DNA from: Candidatus Methanosuratincola verstraetei
Lineage (GTDB): Archaea > Thermoproteota > Methanomethylicia > Methanomethylicales > Methanomethylicaceae
Direction of reading: 5' to 3'
Assembly: GCA_049570475.1 (NCBI GenBank)
Contig: CP186953.1
Span: 320,001 to 384,000 of the forward strand
DNA: 64,000 nt
Positions 1 to 7,738 of this stretch are shown one piece after another. The position numbers and the translations under genes are program-made. Under the pieces are notes generated by a model. That model was given only the letters and a program-made list of their open reading frames with translations, did not search any database and was not told the DNA's origin. Each line of letters begins with the position of its first letter. The stretch's first letter is position 1.

Positions 1-30
1 AAGGCTAGAGAGGCTCTGCTCTCAAGGAGG

Positions 31-936
31 GTGGAGGATCTTACTGTCGCTGACTTCGCGACTGTAAGGGACCTCGTGGAAGGGTTCGGCAGGATGGGCG
101 GATTCATGGCGCCCAGGCTAAGTGAGGCAACGAAGATCATGGAGGAGATGAGATCCGAGGGTTGCGTGAAGTTCCTCTCATTCACAGGGAACATAATCTC
201 GACAGGCCTCAGGGGAGTGATATCAGATCTGATAAGGGGCGGCTGGGCTGACGTCATAGTCACCACCTGCGGCGCACTTGATCACGACCTCGCGAGGAGC
301 TTCGGCGCAAGATACTCCTCGGGAGAGTTCGAGCTGGACGATGTGATGCTTAACGAGCTGGAGATACACCGGCTCGGAAATGTGCTCATTCCCCTCGAGG
401 ACTACGGCCCGCTGATAGAGAAGGTGATGAGGAGGGAGCTCCCAGAGATCCTGAGGGGAAGAACTTCGATATCGCCCAGCGAGCTGGCCAGCGAGTTTGG
501 GAGGAGGATTGACGATAGCCACTCTTTCCTGAGGGCCGCATACGAGAGAGGAGTCCCGGTATATGTCCCAGGGGTCATCGACGGCTCCTTCGGCACAAAC
601 CTCTTCTTCTACGCGCAGACCAACAAGTTCAACCTCGACCTCTTCAGCGACATGAGCCGGATTTTGAATACGGTCTTCGACTCCAAGAAGACTGGAGCGC
701 TAATAATAGGGGGCGGCATAAGCAAGCACCATGTGATATGGTGGAACCAGTTCAAGGAGGGGCTTGACTACTGCATATACCTAACTACCGCCCAGGAGTA
801 TGATGGCAGCCTATCAGGCGCTTTGCCAAAGGAGGCCATATCTTGGGGCAAGGTAAAGCCCAGGGCGAAACATCTCGCAGTCTTCGGTGACGTCACAATA
901 ACCCTCCCGCTGATTGCAGGCGCCATCTCGAAGTGA
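31..936 (+). CDS. dys: Deoxyhypusine synthase
   Basis: Motifs FTGNIISTGLR, RLGNV, GGGISKHH, YDGSLSGA..EAISWGK (catalytic Lys). Confidence 0.95.
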   Translation: MEDLTVADFATVRDLVEGFGRMGGFMAPRLSEATKIMEEMRSEGCVKFLSFTGNIISTGLRGVISDLIRGGWADVIVTTCGALDHDLARSFGARYSSGEFELDDVMLNELEIHRLGNVLIPLEDYGPLIEKVMRRELPEILRGRTSISPSELASEFGRRIDDSHSFLRAAYERGVPVYVPGVIDGSFGTNLFFYAQTNKFNLDLFSDMSRILNTVFDSKKTGALIIGGGISKHHVIWWNQFKEGLDYCIYLTTAQEYDGSLSGALPKEAISWGKVKPRAKHLAVFGDVTITLPLIAGAISK

Positions 937-942
937 TGTTTT

Positions 943-1767
943 TTGACAAAATTCAGGCACTGCTACCCTGTGAACCACAGGCCCGCAAAGGTGAGGGAGA
1001 GGGAGCTTTACTACAGCAGGCTTGACTTCAGGAGGATCGAATCGTGGTTCAGGGAGAAGGCTCGCAGGGGGAAATTGCCGATCTTCGAAGTCGATCCTGG
1101 AAACGAATCCGGATATTTCAAGAGAAGGTATGCTGACAAGGTGGGCAAGCTCCTTTTCTTTACCGCAGGCTCGGTGGATGATCTCAAAGAAATGGTCCTA
1201 GAGTATTTGCCTGAGGATCTGTATTACGACAGGAACATCTACAGGGACCAAGATCGCTGCGCAGAATGCGACGACAGGGGTGAAAAATGCCTCAATTGTG
1301 AAGGGCTGTCCGGGCAGGAGCTGATGTTCGACATTGATCCCGAGAACATCGAATGCCCGAACTGCGGCACTCTCGAAGACAGAGTGAAAGGTCGTTCGAT
1401 GTTCCAATTCTGCTACATCTGCTTTAACAGAGCAATTGACGAGACAGTCAGGCTATATGACGAGCTTTTGGGGAAAGGCTTCACGGATCTCTCTGTTGTT
1501 TTTTCGGGCAGGGGATTCCATATCTATGTTTTTGACGAGGCAGGCCTCAAGATGGGGTTCGAGGAAAGGAAGAGGCTTGGGGAGTCCTTGCTCAGGAGAG
1601 GGTTTCCGATTGATCAATGGGTAACCGACGGCGAAGCTCGGTTAGCTAGGGTGCCTTTTTCACTGAACGGGCTAGTGAGCAGGGTCTGCACCCCTATTAA
1701 AATCGAGGAGATAAGAAAAAACAACTACTGGAGAGATAGGCCGTTTGTTCCGGATTTTCTGCTTTGA
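943..1767 (+). CDS. Archaeo-eukaryotic primase (PriS-like) protein with Cys-rich inserts; true start may be GTG at 991
   Basis: AEP motifs ELMFDID, FSGRGFH, RLARVPFSLN; CAEC..CLNC and CPNC..CYIC clusters. Confidence 0.75.
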   Translation: MTKFRHCYPVNHRPAKVRERELYYSRLDFRRIESWFREKARRGKLPIFEVDPGNESGYFKRRYADKVGKLLFFTAGSVDDLKEMVLEYLPEDLYYDRNIYRDQDRCAECDDRGEKCLNCEGLSGQELMFDIDPENIECPNCGTLEDRVKGRSMFQFCYICFNRAIDETVRLYDELLGKGFTDLSVVFSGRGFHIYVFDEAGLKMGFEERKRLGESLLRRGFPIDQWVTDGEARLARVPFSLNGLVSRVCTPIKIEEIRKNNYWRDRPFVPDFLL

Positions 1768-1770
1768 TCG

Positions 1771-1833
1771 CTACTTCTTCTTAACTGCTTTCTCTTCCTT
1801 CTTCTTGTACTCTTTTTTCTTTTCTGCAGCCAT
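1771..1833 (-). CDS. Candidate 20-aa Lys/Glu-rich microprotein MAAEKKKEYKKKEEKAVKKK
   Basis: ATG preceded by GAGG SD-like motif and an AT-rich TATA-like region; TAG stop; below the ORF-track cutoff. Confidence 0.5.
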   Translation of the reverse strand: MAAEKKKEYKKKEEKAVKKK

Positions 1834-1912
1834 TTTGTATTCCTCAATTAATATTGCATATTTTTAAGATATAATTTTTTCTAAAGTAGGCATTTGTTTT
1901 ATTTTTTTGGCG

Positions 1913-2290
1913 TCATTTTTGCGAAATCAAACGCCCGTAGATCTCGTTGATCGCCCGGTTTGTGACGTACCCTCTGTGGGGGCGCAGCCCCCCGCCGAAA
2001 GTCTTTGGTATGTGTAGGAGCTCATGTATTACCACTTTCACCTTTTCTTCATAGCTCAACTTGTCGAAGCGCTCGGAAATGACCTCTATTATGTAGTGGG
2101 CAGGCGTGTTCAGCCCCATCTGCCAGATCTTTGGGAGCGAATAGCACCTGGCAATTACTCTTTTTGATCTAGACCCCTGGCTCCGGAAGCATAAAACCCG
2201 ATCTGGGTCAATATAGCTCATCCCTGCCTTTTTTACAACTTCCCGGACCATTGCTTCCAGATCATCAGCGGGGCGATAAGATATTGGCAT
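1913..2290 (-). CDS. Small HExxH metallopeptidase-like protein (putative phage metallopeptidase family)
   Basis: VVIHELLHIP motif; YIIEVISERF. Confidence 0.75.
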   Translation of the reverse strand: MPISYRPADDLEAMVREVVKKAGMSYIDPDRVLCFRSQGSRSKRVIARCYSLPKIWQMGLNTPAHYIIEVISERFDKLSYEEKVKVVIHELLHIPKTFGGGLRPHRGYVTNRAINEIYGRLISQK

Positions 2291-2353
2291 CTCTATCGTT
2301 GATTGGGTTATTCCTGCGTGGATAAAAATGTTGGGATTCTGGGACTAGACTGA

Positions 2354-2770
2354 TCAGTGCCTGCGCCTACCCCTTCTTGAATCGTCATGGAAGAGCGGCC
2401 TGAACTTCGGTATCTTCTGGTCGTAAGACCTGTTTGAGATATTGTTTTCAGTGTTCGCGATTACCTCTTCCTCGGATGGCTCGATTGTGCCGTACCTGCC
2501 TGTGTTAAGACGCATATTCCCCCTGAAGAGCGATATGTAACCATTCCTTATCCAGATCGACTTGCCGACCTGCACCTTCTCGACATCGCTGTCCCAAAGG
2601 CTCATCAACACGCACCCTGTGGAGTCGCCCACGAGAACCTCGGAGACGCGGTGTTGTGATCCGTCCTTAGTGGAAACTTCCCTTGGAGGGTTTATTTCGA
2701 GAACCTTCGCAAGGATATCGACGCTTCTTGAAGCGGGGTTTAATTCCTCTATCTTCTTTATTTCAGACAT
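2354..2770 (-). CDS. ssb: Single-OB-fold ssDNA-binding protein (crenarchaeal-type SSB)
   Basis: VGDSTG..SLW, NGYISLFRGNMRL; basic C-terminal tail. Confidence 0.85.
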   Translation of the reverse strand: MSEIKKIEELNPASRSVDILAKVLEINPPREVSTKDGSQHRVSEVLVGDSTGCVLMSLWDSDVEKVQVGKSIWIRNGYISLFRGNMRLNTGRYGTIEPSEEEVIANTENNISNRSYDQKIPKFRPLFHDDSRRGRRRH

Positions 2771-2868
2771 TATTCAATCCAACTTTATTGTTTAATACCT
2801 CCCAGACGGGAGGGCTGAAAAAAGGAAATGGGGACCGTATAAATAAGCTTTCCCTTGCCTTGCCTTGC

Positions 2869-3924
2869 CTACCGCTTCCTCTCGCCCTTAACGAAAGACA
2901 TGAACCACTCCATTGACTCGTTCAGGGGAGATCTGATCGGCGGGTTCTTGAACCCGTATGACGAGACGCTGGTCAGTTGCCCCCCGATCCCCCTGTCTAT
3001 AGCGATCTTGACGCCCCTGATCACGTCGAGCAGTATCCCGGCCCCATTCGCGCTGTCATGAGTCCTCAAGTAGATGTCAATGATTACATCGCTTCCCAAG
3101 CAGTTCTTCCCCTCAACATAGAAATATCCGGTTCGGCAGTCTCTCATGAAACCGACATAGTCGGACGTCCCTGTGGCGACCTTTGAATCCGTCGGAAGGA
3201 CTTGTTTTATCGCCTCAGATTTTATTTTACGCTTCTCTTCCCGCCTGAAGTCTTCAAGGACGCCGTATGCCTCAACGGTCCCTCCTATGTCGAGCTGGTA
3301 AGTCTTTGTCACATCGACGCCCCTTTTTGCCAAAAAGTCCAGCACGCCCATATGGAACACGGTCCCGCCCATCTGGCTCATAAGATCGTCACCAGCCAGC
3401 GGGAGGCCCCTGTCTTCGAAAGACTCGACCCAGCGGTTGTCGGAAGCAATTTTGGCAGGGGTGCAGTTGACGAAGGCGTAGCCAGCCTTTAGCGCAGAGT
3501 CGGCATAGAACTCGACCGCCTTTTGGGCTCCGGTGGGCAAGAGGCATAGCAATATATCCGCATCCAGTTGCTCAAGGTACGAAGGCACATCGACAGGCGG
3601 GGAGTCGTCCACCTTGATTACATCCTTCAGGACGCCATCAGCCCCGTCCAACACAGGACCCTTGACTACAACGACTCCTGCCGGAGGCGGGTTGCAGAAC
3701 TTTGGAGCGACATTCGGCTCGGCAAAAATGGCCTCCGAGAGGTCGCGCCCGACCTTCCGAGAGTCGATATCGATCCCGCCAACCACCTGTATATCAGACG
3801 GCTTGAAGCCGCCCAAGTCATAGTTCATCAACCCCCTCGGGTTTTCAGCATGATAATGGATGCTCTGAACCAATGCGGAGCAGCAGTTGCCTACGCCCGC
3901 CACCACTACTTTGATCTTGCTCAT
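2869..3924 (-). CDS. myo-inositol-1-phosphate synthase-like paralog (divergent)
   Basis: GVGNC Rossmann motif, GDDLMSQ, SDYV, FKNPP; alignable by eye to 62826..63902. Confidence 0.85.
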   Translation of the reverse strand: MSKIKVVVAGVGNCCSALVQSIHYHAENPRGLMNYDLGGFKPSDIQVVGGIDIDSRKVGRDLSEAIFAEPNVAPKFCNPPPAGVVVVKGPVLDGADGVLKDVIKVDDSPPVDVPSYLEQLDADILLCLLPTGAQKAVEFYADSALKAGYAFVNCTPAKIASDNRWVESFEDRGLPLAGDDLMSQMGGTVFHMGVLDFLAKRGVDVTKTYQLDIGGTVEAYGVLEDFRREEKRKIKSEAIKQVLPTDSKVATGTSDYVGFMRDCRTGYFYVEGKNCLGSDVIIDIYLRTHDSANGAGILLDVIRGVKIAIDRGIGGQLTSVSSYGFKNPPIRSPLNESMEWFMSFVKGERKR

Positions 3925-4040
3925 AGCTATCCCTCGCTGCTTGTTAGCAGAGAAGACCTATTAAAATCAATTGTTTTGAGGAAAAAGTATATATTCGATA
4001 AAGATTAACTGTTAAACAGCAATACTGAGAGCTGTGTAAG

Positions 4041-4424
4041 ATGACTACACAACCTGCCGAGCAGCAGCCGGTGCTGGAAAAGCTTGAGAAAGAGATTTCT
4101 TCAATTAAGTTCATGCTGGAGCAGATCCTCTCTCTCCAGCAGCAGCTCATCGAGAAAGCGAGGATCAAGGGGGGGCAAGGGGATTCAGAGCTGCCTGCCG
4201 ATGGCCTGGACATCAGCATACTTTTGAAGCTCCCAGACCACTTGAGGAAGACGATGCTGGCACTTGCGAAGCTCGTTGAGGCTCGTGCAGATGAAGTTGC
4301 AGATATAACTCAGAGGGCCAGAGCAATTGAGAGCGGCTATCTGAACCAACTCGTCAGGTTGGGTTACGTCAAGAAAGTGCGAAGGAAGCACCAGATATAT
4401 TTCACAATCAACAATGAGGAATGA
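4041..4424 (+). CDS. Coiled-coil plus winged-HTH DNA-binding protein
   Basis: C-terminal ADEVADIT.RARAIESGYLNQLVRLGYV wHTH pattern; overlaps start of next gene. Confidence 0.7.
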   Translation: MTTQPAEQQPVLEKLEKEISSIKFMLEQILSLQQQLIEKARIKGGQGDSELPADGLDISILLKLPDHLRKTMLALAKLVEARADEVADITQRARAIESGYLNQLVRLGYVKKVRRKHQIYFTINNEE

Positions 4425-5203
4425 TTATGAAGAAATTCGTCACGATACACTCCTTCAAGGGAGGGACGGGAAAGAGCTACTTAGCAGCCAACTTAGCAAC
4501 CATCTATGCCCTCCAGGGCAAGAAGGTTTGCCTACTGGACATGGACTTCAGGGCCCCTACCCAGCATATAGTCTTTGAGCCCAAGAATGTCAAGCGATGG
4601 CTCAACGATGTGATGAACGGGAATGCAGAGGTAGAGGACTGCCTCATTGACTGCTCTGAAAAGATCGAGAACAAAGGGAAATTGTATGTGGGCTTTGCGG
4701 ACTTTTCCACCGAGGCGATCAGAGACATGATATCCAAGGGCAGGAAATGGGAGACGGAGGCCCTCCAGAGGATCCTTGTGATGAGGAAGGATCTTCTTGA
4801 GAAGATGAATTTCGATGTCTGTTTAGCGGACACTAGCCCAGGCATACAGTACTCCTCAATCAATGCGGTCGTCGCTGCTGATGTAGCGATAGTCGTATCG
4901 ACTCTTGACGACTCTGACATCTACGGAACGACCAAGATGATAAACGAGCTTTACGAAGTATTCCAGAAGAAGGTTGCCATAGTTGTGAACAAGGCAATCG
5001 GCGGATGCGAGATGAGCGACCTTGAGAAGTCGAATATCGTAAACACTCTGCAAGAAAAGTACAGGCAGGCGATAATAGGGGTCTTGCCGTGCTATTGCGA
5101 AGTTGGGAAAATGAAGAGGGCGTCCATATTTGCGTATAACCATCCGAAGCATCCTTTCACAGAGATGCTCAGGATGATTGCTGCAAAAGTAGAGATACTC
5201 TGA
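4421..5203 (+). CDS. MinD/ParA-family ATPase
   Basis: Deviant Walker A KGGTGKS, LLDMD, DTSPG, VVNK. Confidence 0.9.
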   Translation: MIMKKFVTIHSFKGGTGKSYLAANLATIYALQGKKVCLLDMDFRAPTQHIVFEPKNVKRWLNDVMNGNAEVEDCLIDCSEKIENKGKLYVGFADFSTEAIRDMISKGRKWETEALQRILVMRKDLLEKMNFDVCLADTSPGIQYSSINAVVAADVAIVVSTLDDSDIYGTTKMINELYEVFQKKVAIVVNKAIGGCEMSDLEKSNIVNTLQEKYRQAIIGVLPCYCEVGKMKRASIFAYNHPKHPFTEMLRMIAAKVEIL

Positions 5204-5207
5204 TTGA

Positions 5208-6410
5208 TCAGGTGTATTTTTCCCTTATCTTTTTGGCAGTCTCGATGTAGTCCCTGAGTTCCTTCGACTGGATTATTTTGTCCGGGAGCGTTTCAGGGAG
5301 CAGGAATGAAGTGATGACAACAGACAAGAAGAGGAAAATGCTAGTCAAGGGAAATGCCTGGTTCAAGTCGTAACGGAGACCAAAAAGAGGGATTATGTTC
5401 TTGAAGTATATCGAGGCGACACCGATAGTGAGGGCGGTTGCCGTATACAGGGGACGAGCCCGTATAGATCCGACATCCCCCCATATGACAAGAAGGAACA
5501 ATGTTGAGAGCAAGCCCCAAGCGACCCCGTCAATGAAGGTGTACCTTATGAGGTCGCCAGAGGAAAGCGAAATGAAAGAATACTCGATCCCCAAGTACAA
5601 ATATGCAAATATAATCAGCTTGCGCCTCCCGACATTATCGGCTATCGCACCGCCGATTATCATGGCAGACAGGCCGAGGGTGACGGATTCCAAGTTAATC
5701 CAATAGATTTCATTTGGAGTGAGCCTCTGTAAAGCCATGTTGCTCACAATTACATCGACTAGCAAGAAGATGAACCACACAAACATGTAGAGCAAGGGAA
5801 CCCTAAGCGGGTGCCTCACGAACGCGGGCTCTTCAACATCTGCTTTTTTGATCGGTCGGAATGAGATCAGCAGAATGGAGATTGCCTTCAGTACCAACAG
5901 GAACAGTGCCAAATCGAAAGCAGAAGAGATTACGGTCGATGAGATGATTATAAGCAAATAAATTGAAAATATGTAAATTCCTGAGACTGCGCCCCTGTTT
6001 TCAAAGTTGGTTATCTCAAGCAGATGGCATATAACATCGGGGATGCAAAGGCCGGCCGTAACACCCCCCAGAACTGAATATACGATCAGCCCGAGTATGC
6101 CCTCTAATCTAAAAAATATCAAGGATGCGAATAAAACCCCAAGCAGGTTCCAGGCCAGATGGACCTTTTTTTGAATTTTTTGGCGAAAAATTGCTCCGAG
6201 AAACATTGAGATTATGGAAGTTAGGAAGAGCGCTGATAAAAAGGCAAGAGAATAACCATACCCGATCAAATTGGATATGAAGGAATGGAATGTCACTATC
6301 TGGTAGACAGAGGCGATCGAGAGAACCCCGTACAGGGACATACTTTTTTGGGACGCGACTACCCTTGCCCCTTGCACCAAGGATCTCCCAAAGGACTTTA
6401 GGATTGGCAT
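5208..6410 (-). CDS. MFS-like multi-pass membrane protein
   Basis: About 12 hydrophobic segments, GAIADNVGRR motif A, LPET; AT-rich. Confidence 0.8.
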   Translation of the reverse strand: MPILKSFGRSLVQGARVVASQKSMSLYGVLSIASVYQIVTFHSFISNLIGYGYSLAFLSALFLTSIISMFLGAIFRQKIQKKVHLAWNLLGVLFASLIFFRLEGILGLIVYSVLGGVTAGLCIPDVICHLLEITNFENRGAVSGIYIFSIYLLIIISSTVISSAFDLALFLLVLKAISILLISFRPIKKADVEEPAFVRHPLRVPLLYMFVWFIFLLVDVIVSNMALQRLTPNEIYWINLESVTLGLSAMIIGGAIADNVGRRKLIIFAYLYLGIEYSFISLSSGDLIRYTFIDGVAWGLLSTLFLLVIWGDVGSIRARPLYTATALTIGVASIYFKNIIPLFGLRYDLNQAFPLTSIFLFLSVVITSFLLPETLPDKIIQSKELRDYIETAKKIREKYT

Positions 6411-6471
6411 TATTACAGGGTTTAATCGAAGGGATATTTAAGACTTGCAACATCCCCTTGAGTTGTGGATT

Positions 6472-6488
6472 GCGAAAACTTTTTATGT
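6472..6488 (+). promoter_or_regulatory. Putative BRE/TATA promoter for the peptide genes
   Basis: GCGAAAACTTTTTATGT, ~60 nt upstream of the first peptide ATG; divergent TTAAATA on the minus strand ~27 nt upstream of the MFS ATG. Confidence 0.45.
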
Positions 6489-6536
6489 TAGATTGTTGTA
6501 TATTTGTATAACTGAAAAACAAAAATAACAAAAAAT

Positions 6537-6678
6537 GGTGGTAAAAAAATGAAGAATTATAACCCGACTCCCGTAAGATTGTGGGTCCCTGGTTGAAAAA
6601 ACTAAAAGAATAAAAGAAAGGGTGGTAAAAAAATGAAGAATTATAACCCGACTCCCGTAAGATTGTGGGTCCCTGGTT
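6537..6678 (+). repeat. Two identical 58-bp direct repeats (6537-6594, 6621-6678; 84-bp period), each SD + micro-ORF
   Basis: GGTGGTAAAAAAATGAAGAATTATAACCCGACTCCCGTAAGATTGTGGGTCCCTGGTT present twice. Confidence 0.97.
6549..6596 (+). CDS. Putative precursor peptide copy 1, MKNYNPTPVRLWVPG (ComX-like)
   Basis: GGTGGT SD 6 nt before ATG; TGA stop; repeat limits coincide with SD and stop. Confidence 0.7.
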   Translation: MKNYNPTPVRLWVPG

Positions 6679-6680
6679 AA
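6633..6680 (+). CDS. Putative precursor peptide copy 2, MKNYNPTPVRLWVPG
   Basis: Same SD and coding sequence; TAA stop overlaps the stop of the convergent prenyltransferase. Confidence 0.7.
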   Translation: MKNYNPTPVRLWVPG

Positions 6681-7636
6681 TAGTTGAAAAGGGCCAGGAG
6701 TTCCTTAGGATCCTTGATCCCGCTAAGGAGCGCCTTGGATTCAGATACCCAACCTTCCATCAGGGCCTTGGTCCTTTCGAAACCCTTGTTCTCATCGACC
6801 AGGTCTAAAAGCTCCCGGATATTCTGATCGGAGCTGTCTTCAATAAGTGAAGTGAGCTTCTTCAGCACCCTTTGATCATTTAACGAATACACTATCGGCA
6901 ACGGTAGGCTTTCCTTGGTTATGCGCGAAATAAGCTCATATTTGTCGTTGAATGTGTCGTTTATGTCATCCCTGAGGATCACAAGCATGCCCAAGAGCCT
7001 GCCGAACTCCCCCAGGGCATTAATCTCCCCTTCTGTTGCGCCCCCTATTATGGCGCCTACTCTTGTGTAAGACTCAACATCAGCTGCTTTCATCCTTACT
7101 ATCCTCAGGTATTGCTTCGGCTTCACATTGAAGTTCCTGACGAGCTTGAGTTCTTCTACCTCGGCAGAGCCGAGTTCGTAAAGCCCCTCTTTTATTGTCT
7201 TTATGACTAACCTGACTTTGTCGGCAGGCAGGATCTCCCTGAGCTCGTGGAGTTGGGACAGCCCCTCTATGAGAAAGGCATCTCCGATGAGGAGAGTTAC
7301 CTCCATGCCAAACAGCCCCATCGTGGTCTTCCTGTTTTTTTCCGTCCTTACGTATGACTTGTCGACTATGTCGTCGTGGAGATCAAATGCCGCCCCCGAG
7401 AGCACAAGCGCTTTTGCCGCCGGAGCGACCATTTCAGGGGATCCGCCAACAGCCTTGCAGGCCATAACCATAAGTGCAGCCCTTGAGTAGTCCTTCCACT
7501 TACGCGAAAAGCTGCGAATGGCACGCTTTGCTGTCGGGGACCCAATCTTAGCGCCGAGGATGTCTTTCAGTGCGGACTCCACGAGGGGTGCCCCACTCGC
7601 TCTCAAAGGGTCCTTTGCATGCTGTACCTCAGGCAT
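6677..7636 (-). CDS. Divergent trans-isoprenyl diphosphate synthase-fold protein; candidate ComQ-like peptide prenyltransferase
   Basis: FARM AFDLHDDIVD and SARM LRDDIND present; GGKRxR, RRG, GQxxD and KT motifs degenerate. Confidence 0.85.
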   Translation of the reverse strand: MPEVQHAKDPLRASGAPLVESALKDILGAKIGSPTAKRAIRSFSRKWKDYSRAALMVMACKAVGGSPEMVAPAAKALVLSGAAFDLHDDIVDKSYVRTEKNRKTTMGLFGMEVTLLIGDAFLIEGLSQLHELREILPADKVRLVIKTIKEGLYELGSAEVEELKLVRNFNVKPKQYLRIVRMKAADVESYTRVGAIIGGATEGEINALGEFGRLLGMLVILRDDINDTFNDKYELISRITKESLPLPIVYSLNDQRVLKKLTSLIEDSSDQNIRELLDLVDENKGFERTKALMEGWVSESKALLSGIKDPKELLALFNY

Positions 7637-7738
7637 GTTGAATTGTTTTGCTTTCAGAGTTTTTAAACGCTGGTTAAGCTTCTCCGAATGACCTAATCCC
7701 AGGGCAGGGCAATTCTCAATTCCAGACCCAACAGCAGA

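Noticed and set aside
6537-6678. Direct repeats as a mini CRISPR array (a Cas2-like gene lies 3 kb away)
   Set aside because: Only two units; the 58-bp repeat is too long, the spacer is low-complexity, there is no cas1, and the repeat equals SD + ORF.
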